Below, one piece after another: positions 1-9,232 of a stretch of 48,075 bases of DNA (position 1 is the stretch's first letter; each line of letters starts with the position of its first letter). The notes under the pieces are model-generated. The model was not told the origin of the DNA. It ran no database searches and saw only the letters and a program-made list of their open reading frames with translations. Origin of the DNA: an uncultured Alphaproteobacteria bacterium (lineage in GTDB: Bacteria > Pseudomonadota > Alphaproteobacteria > VGEJ01). The stretch covers positions 1 through 48,075 of the forward strand of contig CAYUNL010000001.1 in NCBI GenBank assembly GCA_964446055.1. The letters run 5' to 3'. The position numbers were made by a program, and so were the translations under genes.

Positions 1-1
1 G

Positions 2-712
2 GTCTTCTCGACTGCCGAGGACAACCAGGGCGCGGTGACGATCCGGGTCCACCAGGGCGAACGCGAGATGGCCTCGGACAACAAACTGCTTGGCCAGTTC
101 GACCTTGTCGGGCTGCCGCCGGCGCCGCGCGGCGTACCGCAGATCGAGGTCGCCTTCGATATCGACGCCAACGGCATCGTCAATGTCTCGGCCAAGGACA
201 AGGGCACCAACCGCGAGCAGCAGATTCGCATTCAGGCTTCGGGCGGGCTCGGGGAAGCCGACATCGAGCGCATGGTCAAGGAGGCCGAGGCGCACGCGAG
301 CGAGGACCAGGCGCGGCGGGCACTGGTGGAGGTACGAAACCAAGCCGACGTGTTGCTGCATAGCGCCGAGAAGAACCTCAAGGAGTTCGGCGAGGCCGTC
401 TCGGCGGACGAACGCCAACAGATCGAAAACGACGCCGAGGCGCTGCGCAGCGCCAAGGACGGCGACGATCTGGCCGCCATCCAGAGCAAGATCGAGGCGC
501 TGTCCACCTCGTCGATGAAGCTTGGCGAGGCCATGTACAAGGCCCAGGCCGAGGGCCAGGCCGACGACACCGCGACGAGCGAGGAAGCGGCGGACAGCGG
601 CAACGGCGGCGCCGACACCTCGGAAGCGGAGGAGCCGGCCAGCACCGACGACGACGTGGTCGACGCCGATTTCGAGGAAGTCGACGAGGACAAGAAGAAC
701 AAGTCGGCGTGA
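2..712 (+). CDS. dnaK: Chaperone DnaK (Hsp70), C-terminal part; 5' end outside window
   Basis: Frame is open from nt 2: [69 protein letters not shown], the Hsp70 substrate-binding/lid region, with an acidic DADFEEV tail. dnaJ follows directly. Confidence 0.95.
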   Translation, partial: VFSTAEDNQGAVTIRVHQGEREMASDNKLLGQFDLVGLPPAPRGVPQIEVAFDIDANGIVNVSAKDKGTNREQQIRIQASGGLGEADIERMVKEAEAHASEDQARRALVEVRNQADVLLHSAEKNLKEFGEAVSADERQQIENDAEALRSAKDGDDLAAIQSKIEALSTSSMKLGEAMYKAQAEGQADDTATSEEAADSGNGGADTSEAEEPASTDDDVVDADFEEVDEDKKNKSA

Positions 713-777
713 GCGGCGCAGCCAAGGCGCAGCAACGCGATCGCCGGAACCAGCCCTAGCATCGTACCGGCGCGGCG

Positions 778-1905
778 ATGAGCAAACGCGACTACTACGA
801 GGTAATCGGGGTCGATCGGAGCGCCTCGGCGGCGGACCTCAAGAAGGCATATCGCCAGCGCGCGATGCAGTTCCACCCCGACCGCAACCCCGACGACCCC
901 GACGCCGAGACGAGTTTCAAGGAACTGAACGAGGCCTATGACGTTCTTCGGGACGGCGAGCGCCGGGCCGCATACGATCAGTTCGGGCACGCCGCGTTCG
1001 AAGCGGGCGGCCACGGACATGCCGGCGGTTTCGACTTCGGGAGCACCTTCGCCGACGTCTTCGACGACTTGTTCGGCGACTTCGTGGGCGGGGGCCGGCG
1101 CTCTCGTACGGGGGGCACCCGCGGCGCCGACCTTCGTTACAATCTCGAGGTAAGTCTCGAGGACACGTTCAGCGGCACGACGACGCAAATCCGCGCGCCG
1201 ACCTCGGTGACCTGCGAATCGTGTGAGGGCAGCGGCGCCGAGGGGCGCACCCAGCCGGTGGCTTGTCCGGGTTGCGGCGGCGCCGGCAAGGTCCGCGCCC
1301 AGCAGGGCTTTTTCACCATCGAAAGAACCTGTCCGACCTGCCAGGGCATCGGCCGCATTATCAAGGACCCGTGCCACACCTGCGGCGGCGCCGGGCGCGT
1401 GCGCAAGGAAAAGACGCTCTCGGTCAACGTCCCCGCGGGGGTCGAGGACGGCACCCGTATCCGACTTGCCGGCGAGGGCGAGGCCGGCGTGCGCGGCGGC
1501 CCGCCCGGCGATCTTTATATCTTCCTCTCGGTCGCGCCCCACCGCATCTTCCAACGCGAGGGCACCCACATCTATTGCCGGGTCCCGATCCCCATGACCA
1601 CGGCGGCACTGGGTGGCTCGATCGAGGTGCCGACCATCTCCGGCGGCCGCGCCAAGGTGACCATTCCCGCCGGAACGCAGGCGGGCAAGCGGTTCCGCCT
1701 CTCGGGCAAAGGTATGCCGGTATTGCGGAGCAGCGGCCGCGGCGACATGTACATCGAGGTCGTTACCGAGACGCCGGTCAATCTGAGCAAGCGGCAAAAG
1801 GAGCTGCTCAAGGACTTCGAGGGCGAGGGCGGCGCCCGGACCAACCCCGAATCCGAGGGCTTCTTCGCCAAGGTGAAGGAGCTGTGGGAGGACCTGCGCG
1901 AATAA
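778..1905 (+). CDS. dnaJ: Co-chaperone DnaJ
   Basis: J domain with HPD ([15 protein letters not shown]), Gly/Phe-rich linker, four CxxCxGxG zinc-finger repeats ([32 protein letters not shown]). Lies downstream of dnaK. Confidence 0.96.
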   Translation: MSKRDYYEVIGVDRSASAADLKKAYRQRAMQFHPDRNPDDPDAETSFKELNEAYDVLRDGERRAAYDQFGHAAFEAGGHGHAGGFDFGSTFADVFDDLFGDFVGGGRRSRTGGTRGADLRYNLEVSLEDTFSGTTTQIRAPTSVTCESCEGSGAEGRTQPVACPGCGGAGKVRAQQGFFTIERTCPTCQGIGRIIKDPCHTCGGAGRVRKEKTLSVNVPAGVEDGTRIRLAGEGEAGVRGGPPGDLYIFLSVAPHRIFQREGTHIYCRVPIPMTTAALGGSIEVPTISGGRAKVTIPAGTQAGKRFRLSGKGMPVLRSSGRGDMYIEVVTETPVNLSKRQKELLKDFEGEGGARTNPESEGFFAKVKELWEDLRE

Positions 1906-1966
1906 GCGCGCCCCGCCCGGCGGCCTATGGTTAAATCCCAGGTGGTTTCGGCCCGGAGGGAGCGCC

Positions 1967-2773
1967 ATGGCGGAGATCAAGATCGGCATCGTCGGTTGCG
2001 CCGGCCGCATGGGGCAGACCCTTGCGCGGCTGGTACACCAGAGCGAGGGATTCGCGCTGGCGGGCGGCACCGAGGCGGCCGGGCACGCCGCGCTCGGCCG
2101 CGATCTTGGCGAGGTGGCGGGGCTCGGACCGTTGGGACTTGCCATCGGCGAGGACTCAAGCGCGCTGTTCGCGGCCGCCCAGGCGGTGCTCGATTTCACC
2201 GCGCCGGAAGCGAGCGTGGGCCACGCCGAGGCCGCCGCGGCGACCGGGACCGCGCTGGTCATCGGCACCACCGGGCTCGATGCCGGGCACGATGCCCGCA
2301 TTGCCGAGGCCGCGCAGCGGGCCGCCATCGTCCGCGCCCCGAACATGAGCCTTTGCGTCAACCTGATGATCGCGCTGGCCAAGGAGGCCGCGGCGAGCCT
2401 AGGGGAGGACTACGACATCGAGGTCGTGGAGATGCATCACCGGGGCAAAGTCGATGCGCCCTCGGGAACCGCGCTGGCGCTGGGGCGGGCCGTGGCGGCG
2501 GGACGCGGCATCGACCTCGAGGCGCATAGCGCACGCGCCCGCGACGGGTTCACCGGGCCACGGCGGCGCGGCGACATCGGGTTCGCCGTGCTGCGCGGCG
2601 GCGACGTCGTCGGCGAACACTCGGTGGTCTTCGCCGCCGATGGGGAGCGTCTGGAACTCACGCACCGCGCCACCAGCCGCCTCACCTTCGCCCGCGGGGC
2701 GCTGCGCGCGGCGGGCTGGGCCCACGACAAGCCGCCCGGAGTCTATGGCATGGCCGACGTGCTCGGCCTCTAG
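1967..2773 (+). CDS. dapB: 4-hydroxy-tetrahydrodipicolinate reductase
   Basis: N-terminal dinucleotide-binding IGIVGCAGRMG and DapB signature EVVEMHHRGKVDAPSGTA. Confidence 0.93.
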   Translation: MAEIKIGIVGCAGRMGQTLARLVHQSEGFALAGGTEAAGHAALGRDLGEVAGLGPLGLAIGEDSSALFAAAQAVLDFTAPEASVGHAEAAAATGTALVIGTTGLDAGHDARIAEAAQRAAIVRAPNMSLCVNLMIALAKEAAASLGEDYDIEVVEMHHRGKVDAPSGTALALGRAVAAGRGIDLEAHSARARDGFTGPRRRGDIGFAVLRGGDVVGEHSVVFAADGERLELTHRATSRLTFARGALRAAGWAHDKPPGVYGMADVLGL

Positions 2774-2775
2774 CC

Positions 2776-3678
2776 TCACGCCGAGGCCGCGAGCGGTTCG
2801 GAGTAGCGCGCCGCTTCCCAGCCCAGCATCGCCTGCTTGCGTGCCCGGCCCCAGCGATAGCCGCTGACGACGCCGCTTTGGCGGATCACGCGGTGGCAGG
2901 GGATCAGGAACGAGACCGGGTTGGCCGCCACCGCCCCGGCCACCGCCCGCGCGGCGGTGGGCTTGCCGAGATGGTGGGCCAAGGCCTGATACGAGACGAC
3001 GCGGCCGGGCGGGATGCGCAACAGCGCCTCCCACACCCGGATCTGGAAGTTGGTGCCCCGGACCGAGAGGTGGATCGGCCCCGCGCCCGCGGCCGGCGCA
3101 AACGCACGGGCGACGAACCCCGCCGCCACGTCGTGGTCTTCGACGAGGCGCGCGCGAGTCCAGGGTGCGGCGAGCTCGGCGAGCGTCGTTTCAACCTCGT
3201 CGACGGCGACGAAGGCGAGGCCGCAAACGCCACGCTCGGTAGCCATCACCAGGCACGGCCCGAAGGGGCTCGGATGCACGCCGTGGCGGACCACCAGGCC
3301 GGCCGCCCGCGCCTTGTACTCGCCGGGCGTCATCGCCTCGCAGGTCACGAACAGGTCGTGCAGTCGGCCGGGCCCGGAGAGGCCGGCATCGAAGCCGGCA
3401 TCGAGCACGCTTTGCGAATCGGCGAGCGCGCGCTTGGCGTGCTCCAAGGTGAGGTACTGAACGAAGCGCTTGGGGCTGATTCCGGCCCAGCGCCGAAACA
3501 GGCGCTGAAAGTGGTACGGGCTGAGGCCCACGTGCCGGGCCACGGCGTCGAGCCCCGGTTGATCCAGATAGCGAGCGTTGAGATAGCCGATCGCCGCATC
3601 GATGCGCGCGTAGTCGCCGGACGCCGCGGCCAACCGGGGCGGTGAGGCATCTCCTGGGATCGGTTGCAGTGCGGTCAT
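2776..3678 (-). CDS. AraC-type HTH fused to methylated-DNA-protein-cysteine methyltransferase (Ada-like, no obvious N-terminal Zn domain)
   Basis: Start chosen at MTALQPIP (ATG 3678, in frame with track ORF 2776..4113, whose upstream part is Arg/Ser/Pro-rich and overlaps the next gene). AraC HTH: VARHVGLSPYHFQRLFRRWAGISPKRFVQYLTLEHAK. The C-terminal half carries the MGMT active site IPCHRVI. Confidence 0.85.
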   Translation of the reverse strand: MTALQPIPGDASPPRLAAASGDYARIDAAIGYLNARYLDQPGLDAVARHVGLSPYHFQRLFRRWAGISPKRFVQYLTLEHAKRALADSQSVLDAGFDAGLSGPGRLHDLFVTCEAMTPGEYKARAAGLVVRHGVHPSPFGPCLVMATERGVCGLAFVAVDEVETTLAELAAPWTRARLVEDHDVAAGFVARAFAPAAGAGPIHLSVRGTNFQIRVWEALLRIPPGRVVSYQALAHHLGKPTAARAVAGAVAANPVSFLIPCHRVIRQSGVVSGYRWGRARKQAMLGWEAARYSEPLAASA

Positions 3679-3733
3679 GGCTACCTTGGTACGCCGCTGG
3701 GCAGCGCCGGACCACCCGATTCTTGCGCCACCT

Positions 3734-4255
3734 TCAGCCGTGGTAGTGGACGGCGCCGGCACGCGCCAGGGCGGCGCGCAGGGTCGCGGCGACCTCATGG
3801 CGCTCGCCCGGCGCGAGGAAGGCGCCGATGACCAGGCGCCGGCCGTGCGAGCAGAGCGCAAGCTGGCCGCTCTGGGCGCCGCCCTCGTCCAACTCGACGC
3901 GCAGCCAGTAGGGCTGGAAGGACCATGTCCGGACCGCGCCGCGAGCGCTGGTTCGCCGCACCACGAGGTCGCTGGCGCGCAGGCGGATGGTCTCGACCAC
4001 GCGGCCCGAGCGGTAGCTGAACCGGAAGGCGAGATAGAACAGGACCACGTCGAGGCCGAGGAAACCCATGACCGGCCAGGCGCCGGCGAAATAGAAGGCG
4101 AGGCCGGCCCCAAAGCTGACCCCGGCGACGAGCGTCATCAGCAGCCAAAACCCGGCCGGGCTGAGCGATCGGTGGGGCGAGAGGACGAGGTCGAGCGCTG
4201 GCGTATCATCCTCGTGGGCATCGCCATGCAGGATTCCGTCGGGCCGATCGTCCAT
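3734..4255 (-). CDS. Small integral membrane protein, DUF2244-like
   Basis: 173 aa. Two adjacent hydrophobic helices (FWLLMTLVAGVSFGAGLAFYFAGAWPVMGFLGLDVVLFYLAF) followed by a soluble tail. Family assignment is from memory of DUF2244 architecture. Confidence 0.6.
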   Translation of the reverse strand: MDDRPDGILHGDAHEDDTPALDLVLSPHRSLSPAGFWLLMTLVAGVSFGAGLAFYFAGAWPVMGFLGLDVVLFYLAFRFSYRSGRVVETIRLRASDLVVRRTSARGAVRTWSFQPYWLRVELDEGGAQSGQLALCSHGRRLVIGAFLAPGERHEVAATLRAALARAGAVHYHG

Positions 4256-4337
4256 CCGCCATGATACGACGGCCGGCGCGCCGCGGGCAAAGCGTGAGGC
4301 CCTTTTCGCGCGGCGCGCGCGCGGCTAAGTTGGGACC

Positions 4338-4976
4338 ATGAAAAGGCCGACGCTTGAAGAGTTCTTCCGGCGCCTGGCGAAGGCGCGCCCCGCACCCAAG
4401 GGCGAGCTTGGGTCGCGCAACCCGTACACGTTGTTGGTCGCGGTCGTACTCTCGGCGCAGGCGACCGATGCGGGCGTCAACAAGGCCACGCCGGCGCTCT
4501 TCGAGGCCGCCGACACGCCGGCCAAGATGGTGGCGCTCGGCGAGGCGCGGGTGCGCGTGTTCATCAAGTCCATTGGCCTTTTTAACACCAAGGCGAAGAA
4601 CGTCATCAAGCTGAGCCAGCAGTTGTTGGAGACCCATGGCGGCGAGGTTCCGCGCGACCGCGACGCGCTGGTGGCGCTGCCCGGCGTCGGGCGCAAGACC
4701 GCGAACGTGGTCTTGAATGCCGCCTTCGGCGAGCCGACGATCGCCGTCGACACTCACGTATTCCGCCTCGGCAACCGGACCGGGCTGGCCCGCGGCAAGA
4801 CGCCGCTGGCGGTGGAGGAGAAGCTTCTAAAGGCGGTGCCCGAACGCTATCAGCAGGGCGCCCACCACTGGCTGATCCTGCACGGCCGCTATGTATGCAA
4901 GGCGCGCAAGCCCGAGTGCCCGACCTGCATCGTCGCCGATCTCTGTGCCTTCAAGGCGAAGACGACGTTCCTCTGA
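4338..4976 (+). CDS. nth: Endonuclease III (DNA glycosylase/AP lyase)
   Basis: HhH-GPD motif LVALPGVGRKTANVVLN and C-terminal 4Fe-4S ligands CKARKPECPTCIVADLC. Confidence 0.93.
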   Translation: MKRPTLEEFFRRLAKARPAPKGELGSRNPYTLLVAVVLSAQATDAGVNKATPALFEAADTPAKMVALGEARVRVFIKSIGLFNTKAKNVIKLSQQLLETHGGEVPRDRDALVALPGVGRKTANVVLNAAFGEPTIAVDTHVFRLGNRTGLARGKTPLAVEEKLLKAVPERYQQGAHHWLILHGRYVCKARKPECPTCIVADLCAFKAKTTFL

Positions 4977-4977
4977 A

Positions 4978-5445
4978 CTAGCCGCCGCTGGCGCCGGGGG
5001 CTTGGAGGTGGGCGGCCAGGCAGTCGTGTCGCGAAATGCCGTTGAGGCCGCGCATCTCGAAGTGGGTGACCGAGGGCCCGCCCTCGCTTTCGTAGAGGAA
5101 GAGGTGAAGCACGCACTCGCTTCCCGCGTATTGCCAGACCTCGGCCGGGGGCTCACGCCGCACCAGTGCAGGGCGGCCCAAGAGCTTCGCCGCCTCGCCG
5201 ACGCTCAAGCCGATAAGCCGTTCGGGATCGGCGTCGACGGCGACATAGGGATCGGGTGCGGAGGCCACGAGCGTCGCGCCGGCCCCGCCCTCGGCGTCGG
5301 GCTCGGCGGGAACCAACTCGACGTCGCTCCCGGCGGCCGCCACGGAAGCACCCGGCTCGGCCGGCGAAATGGGCAGCGTCCCGGTCTCGACGCCACACCC
5401 GGCCGCCGCCGCAAGGGCGCCGAGCGCGAGGATCGAGCGCAGCAC
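4978..5445 (-). CDS. Hypothetical lipoprotein (downstream partner of bactofilin)
   Basis: GTG at 5445 is in frame with track ORF 4978..5670 and lies 8 nt after the bactofilin stop. Signal peptide VLRSILALGALAAAAG|C with a lipobox Cys. No family recognised. Confidence 0.55.
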   Translation of the reverse strand: MLRSILALGALAAAAGCGVETGTLPISPAEPGASVAAAGSDVELVPAEPDAEGGAGATLVASAPDPYVAVDADPERLIGLSVGEAAKLLGRPALVRREPPAEVWQYAGSECVLHLFLYESEGGPSVTHFEMRGLNGISRHDCLAAHLQAPGASGG

Positions 5446-5452
5446 GGCGCTA

Positions 5453-5953
5453 TCAGTCCTTGACCGCCTCCGCTTCCTTCTCCGGCCGCGGATCGGTTGG
5501 GGCCTGGCGGACGGGCGCCGGTGCATCGTCGCCGCCGAGCGCCTGGATGTCCCCGGCCACCTGGCCGCCGCGCTGGATCTCGATCTCGCGATAGCGGATG
5601 GCGCCAGTGATGCGGCCCGTGCCGAGAACGACCAAGCGATTGCGCACTGTGAGCGAGCCCTCGAAATCACCGCTGACCCGCGCGTCCTCGACCTCGGCGA
5701 TACCCTTGAACAGGCCGCCGGCGGCGATCTCGATGGTCTGGCAGGCGCTGAGACTGGCCTCGACCCGCCCCTCGACCACCAGGGTTTCGCAGGCCTCGAT
5801 CTCGCCCGAGAGGCTGATCTCGCCGCCCACGGTCAGCCGTTTCGCGTCAGCGCCCAGGCTCACCGGACCGGTGGCCCTGACCCCAGGTATCTCGGTGACG
5901 CGGCGCGAAATCTCGGGCCGGTACTGGGTGGTTGTCGCGTCGGTGTTTGCCAT
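5453..5953 (-). CDS. Bactofilin (polymer-forming cytoskeletal protein, DUF583)
   Basis: Central beta-helical repeat core typical of bactofilins (LTVGGEISLSGEIEACETLVVEGRVEASL...ARVSGDFEGSLTVRNRLVVLGTGRITGAIRYREIEIQRGGQVAGDI), flanked by short disordered, Pro/Glu-rich termini. Confidence 0.85.
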   Translation of the reverse strand: MANTDATTTQYRPEISRRVTEIPGVRATGPVSLGADAKRLTVGGEISLSGEIEACETLVVEGRVEASLSACQTIEIAAGGLFKGIAEVEDARVSGDFEGSLTVRNRLVVLGTGRITGAIRYREIEIQRGGQVAGDIQALGGDDAPAPVRQAPTDPRPEKEAEAVKD

Positions 5954-5988
5954 GTGAATCCTGTCTTAGGGACTGGGCCGAGCCGGCC

Positions 5989-6666
5989 TCATTCCTCTAG
6001 CCGCTTGTAAATGTGCACCATCGCGGCCGTGGCGATCAGCGGCGTCACTAGGTTGACGATCGGCACCGTGAACAGGAAGGTCATAACGATACCCGCCACG
6101 GACAATCGCCATCGGTACCGCTTCCTCAACTCGAGCGCCGCCTTGCCATCGAGGTGACGCAAGGCGACCAGCTCGAAATACTCGCGGCCCAGAAGATAGC
6201 CGTTTAACCCATAGAAAACAAAGACATTTAGCCCCGGCACAAAGATGTAAATCGGCAACGCGAGGAGGTTTAGCCGGATCACGTCCCACAGGTACTTCAA
6301 TCCAACCGCGAGTCCGCGCCCGATCGAAAGGTCCTTGCCCGGCGGGTCGTTCGGGTAGTGGCGGATCTCGACCGCATCGGCGATGCCCTCGAGGAACATG
6401 CCGACGAAGATCGAGACCAGCACCGTGAAGAGGATCCAGGCGCTTCCCAACAACACCCCGAAGCCCACGATCCAGGCCACGATGTCGAAGAACCAGCCGC
6501 TGAGCCAGCCCGGTACCCAATCCGGGGTGAGCCAATCGATCAACCACCACACCGCCCCGGCAAGGGCGAGGAAGACGATCGCGCCGAACCCCGTGCTCAG
6601 CCACAAGACGCGGCGGAACGCGGGGTCCCAGAGCTGGGCAATGGCCTTGGCGAACGCCGCGATCAC
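5989..6666 (-). CDS. EI24/CysZ-like multi-pass membrane protein
   Basis: GTG 6666 forms a GTGA overlap with the amidase stop (6663-6665). N-terminus VIAAFAKAIAQLWDPAFRRVLWLS plus about 4 TM helices and GLNGYLLGREYFELVA resemble the EI24/CysZ family (from memory). Confidence 0.65.
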   Translation of the reverse strand: MIAAFAKAIAQLWDPAFRRVLWLSTGFGAIVFLALAGAVWWLIDWLTPDWVPGWLSGWFFDIVAWIVGFGVLLGSAWILFTVLVSIFVGMFLEGIADAVEIRHYPNDPPGKDLSIGRGLAVGLKYLWDVIRLNLLALPIYIFVPGLNVFVFYGLNGYLLGREYFELVALRHLDGKAALELRKRYRWRLSVAGIVMTFLFTVPIVNLVTPLIATAAMVHIYKRLEE

Positions 6667-8087
6667 GACGGCGGTCCGCTGACCTCGGTCGGCACCATCG
6701 CCGCGAAGGGCTGCATGGCCTCGAACAGCGCCGCCGCCGCCAGCACCTTGGCTTCGCCGCGCGGCGGGCCGACAATCTGCAGGCCCACCGGCAGCCCCGA
6801 TTCGGTCAAGCCACAGGGGACGGAGATCGCGGGACACGTGGTCAGGGTGATGGCGAAAGAGAGCGCGAGCCAGTTGACGTAGTTTTCGAACTTGGTGCCC
6901 TCAACCTCGGTCACATACCGCAGCGCACCGTCGTATGGCGGCACCACGACGGCGGGACTGAGCAGCAGGTCGTAGTCGTCGAAGAATCCGACCGCGCGGT
7001 GGAACAGCGCCGTGCGCGCACGTTCGGCGCGGCCGATTTCATCGGCGCTCAAACTCAGGCCCTTTTCGATGTTCCAGACGATTTCGGGCTTGAGCTGTGA
7101 GCGATGTTCGTCGAGCAGCGGCGCCTTGTCGGCGGCGAAGTGGGCGGCGCGTAGGGTCTGGAAGATATCCTCGGCGTCGCTGAGGTCGGGACACGCCTCC
7201 TCGACCGCGGCACCGAGGCCAGCGAAGGATTGGGCCGCGGCGGCGCAGATGCCGGCCACCTCAGCCGCCACCGGAACGACGCCGAGGTCACGGCTGTAGG
7301 CCACGCGGCGGGGCGGCGCGGGCTGGAGCGCAGCCTCGAGAAACGGCACTTCGGGCCGGGGCAGCGACAGCGGATCGTCGGGGTGAGCGCCGCATTGGGC
7401 ATCGAGCATCAGCGCGAGATCGGCGACATTGCGCGCCATCGGGCCGGCCACGGTAAGCGCCTGGTAGACGATGCGCCGGGGCCCCGCAGCGACCCGGCCG
7501 GGCGCCGGTCTGATCCCGACGACGCCGCAATAGCTGGCCGGAATCCTGAGACTCCCGCCCATATCGGATCCGGTCGCGAGCCACACCTGGCCAACCGCCA
7601 GCGCCACCGCGGAGCCGCCCGAGGAGCCGCCCGGGGTGAGCGTGGTGTTCCACGGATTGTGGGTGTGCCCGAAGACTTCGTTGAAGGTGTGGGCGCCGGC
7701 GGCGAGCTCGGGGGTGTTCGACTTGGCGAGCACGATGGCGCCGTTTTCCTCGAGCCGCTCGACCTCGTAGCCCGAGCGCTCGGGAACGTGATCGGCGTAG
7801 ATGGGCGAGCCAAAGGTGGTGCGTACACCGGCGACCTCGGTCATGTCCTTGACCGCGATCGGCAGGCCGTGCAGGTGCCACGGCGGGGCGTCTTCGGCCG
7901 GCATTGCCATGAGCCGCTCGGCGTGTCCTCGGGCGCGCTCGGGGCACAGCGTGGGGAGCGCGTTGAGCGCGCCGTCGGTCTCGGAGATGCGGGCGAGCGC
8001 GGCCTCGATGAGCTCAAGCGGCGAAACCTCGCGCCGCGCGAGCTTCGCCACCGCCTCGCGCGCGGTCAGCCGCACCAGCTCATCCAT
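6663..8087 (-). CDS. Amidase-signature family amidase
   Basis: Gly/Ser-rich amidase signature GGSSGGSAVALAVGQVWLATGSDMGGSLRIPASYCG and upstream LHGLPIAVKD. Start MDELVRL at 8087 preferred; ATG at 8129 is possible. Confidence 0.88.
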   Translation of the reverse strand: MDELVRLTAREAVAKLARREVSPLELIEAALARISETDGALNALPTLCPERARGHAERLMAMPAEDAPPWHLHGLPIAVKDMTEVAGVRTTFGSPIYADHVPERSGYEVERLEENGAIVLAKSNTPELAAGAHTFNEVFGHTHNPWNTTLTPGGSSGGSAVALAVGQVWLATGSDMGGSLRIPASYCGVVGIRPAPGRVAAGPRRIVYQALTVAGPMARNVADLALMLDAQCGAHPDDPLSLPRPEVPFLEAALQPAPPRRVAYSRDLGVVPVAAEVAGICAAAAQSFAGLGAAVEEACPDLSDAEDIFQTLRAAHFAADKAPLLDEHRSQLKPEIVWNIEKGLSLSADEIGRAERARTALFHRAVGFFDDYDLLLSPAVVVPPYDGALRYVTEVEGTKFENYVNWLALSFAITLTTCPAISVPCGLTESGLPVGLQIVGPPRGEAKVLAAAALFEAMQPFAAMVPTEVSGPPS

Positions 8088-8193
8088 TGCCCGGCAGTGT
8101 GAAAGGGCTGAGACGTGTTGTCGAGCCATACTTGTCTCGGCGTGGGAGCGTCTGTAGGTTTGGCCCCCGGAGCGCCAGCCGCCGGGGATTTCG

Positions 8194-9195
8194 ATGTCGA
8201 ATCAGGAACTTGGGCTTGTCGGGATCGGCAACGCGATCGTCGATGTGCTGACGCATGCCGATGAGGACTTTCTCTTGCGGCACGCGCTGACAAAGGGGGC
8301 GATGACGCTGATCGACGATCAGCGGGCGGACGAGGTCTACGCCGCCATGGGCCCGGGGATCGAGGTATCGGGCGGCTCGGCCGCCAACACCATGGTCGGA
8401 TTCGCCGCGCTTCGCGGCGAGGGCGCCTTCATCGGCAAAGTTCGCGAGGACCAGCTTGGCGAGGTGTTCGCCCACGACCTACGCGCCGCCGGGGTCCGCT
8501 TCACGACGCCGCTTGCCGTCGATGGCCCGGCGACGGCACGCTGCCTGATCGTCGTCACCCCCGACGCCCAGCGCACCATGAACACCTACCTCGGCGCCTG
8601 TGTCGGCCTGGGTCCCGAAGACGTCGACGTGGACGCGGTCGCCGCGGCGAAAGTCACCTACCTCGAGGGCTACCTGTGGGACCCACCGGGCGCCAAGGCC
8701 GCGTTCCGCAGAGCCATATCGGTGGCCCACGCGGCCGGGCGCGAGATCGCGCTGACGCTGTCGGACCCATTCTGCGTGGACCGCTACCGTGAGGAGTTCC
8801 TCAAGCTCGCGGAGACCGAAGTCGACATCTTGTTCGCCAACGAGGCCGAAATCATGTCGCTTTACGAGCTACCCAGCTTCGACGACGCGCTGCAGCGCGT
8901 GCGCAGCCGACGAGGCGTTACGGTGCTAACCCGCAGCGCCGCCGGATCGGTCGTGGTGACCGCCGATTCATTGCACGTGATCGACGCTGAGCCGGTGGCC
9001 AAGGTCGTCGATACCACGGGCGCGGGCGACCTTTATGCGGCGGGATTCCTCTATGGCTACACCCGAGGCTTCGGCCCCTATGAGGCCGGCCGGCTGGGCA
9101 GCATTGCCGCAGCCGAGGTGGTCGGACATTTCGGGGCCCGACCCGAGGCATCGCTGGCCGAGCTGGCCGCGCGGGGTCTCGGCCGTGCGATCTGA
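8194..9195 (+). CDS. PfkB-family kinase, adenosine kinase-like
   Basis: N-terminal GIGNAIVDV, SGGSAANT, and PfkB signature VVDTTGAGDLYAAGFLYG. Confidence 0.85.
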   Translation: MSNQELGLVGIGNAIVDVLTHADEDFLLRHALTKGAMTLIDDQRADEVYAAMGPGIEVSGGSAANTMVGFAALRGEGAFIGKVREDQLGEVFAHDLRAAGVRFTTPLAVDGPATARCLIVVTPDAQRTMNTYLGACVGLGPEDVDVDAVAAAKVTYLEGYLWDPPGAKAAFRRAISVAHAAGREIALTLSDPFCVDRYREEFLKLAETEVDILFANEAEIMSLYELPSFDDALQRVRSRRGVTVLTRSAAGSVVVTADSLHVIDAEPVAKVVDTTGAGDLYAAGFLYGYTRGFGPYEAGRLGSIAAAEVVGHFGARPEASLAELAARGLGRAI

Positions 9196-9232
9196 AGGCT
9201 CGATGCGGGCCTCCGGGCTGGTACAATAGGCC

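Noticed and set aside
232-2382. 716-aa minus-strand ORF antisense to dnaK, dnaJ and dapB
   Set aside because: Ala/Arg/Ser/Pro-rich low-complexity translation with no recognisable motifs. It lies opposite three unmistakable genes. This is the typical stop-codon-poor antisense frame of a high-GC genome.
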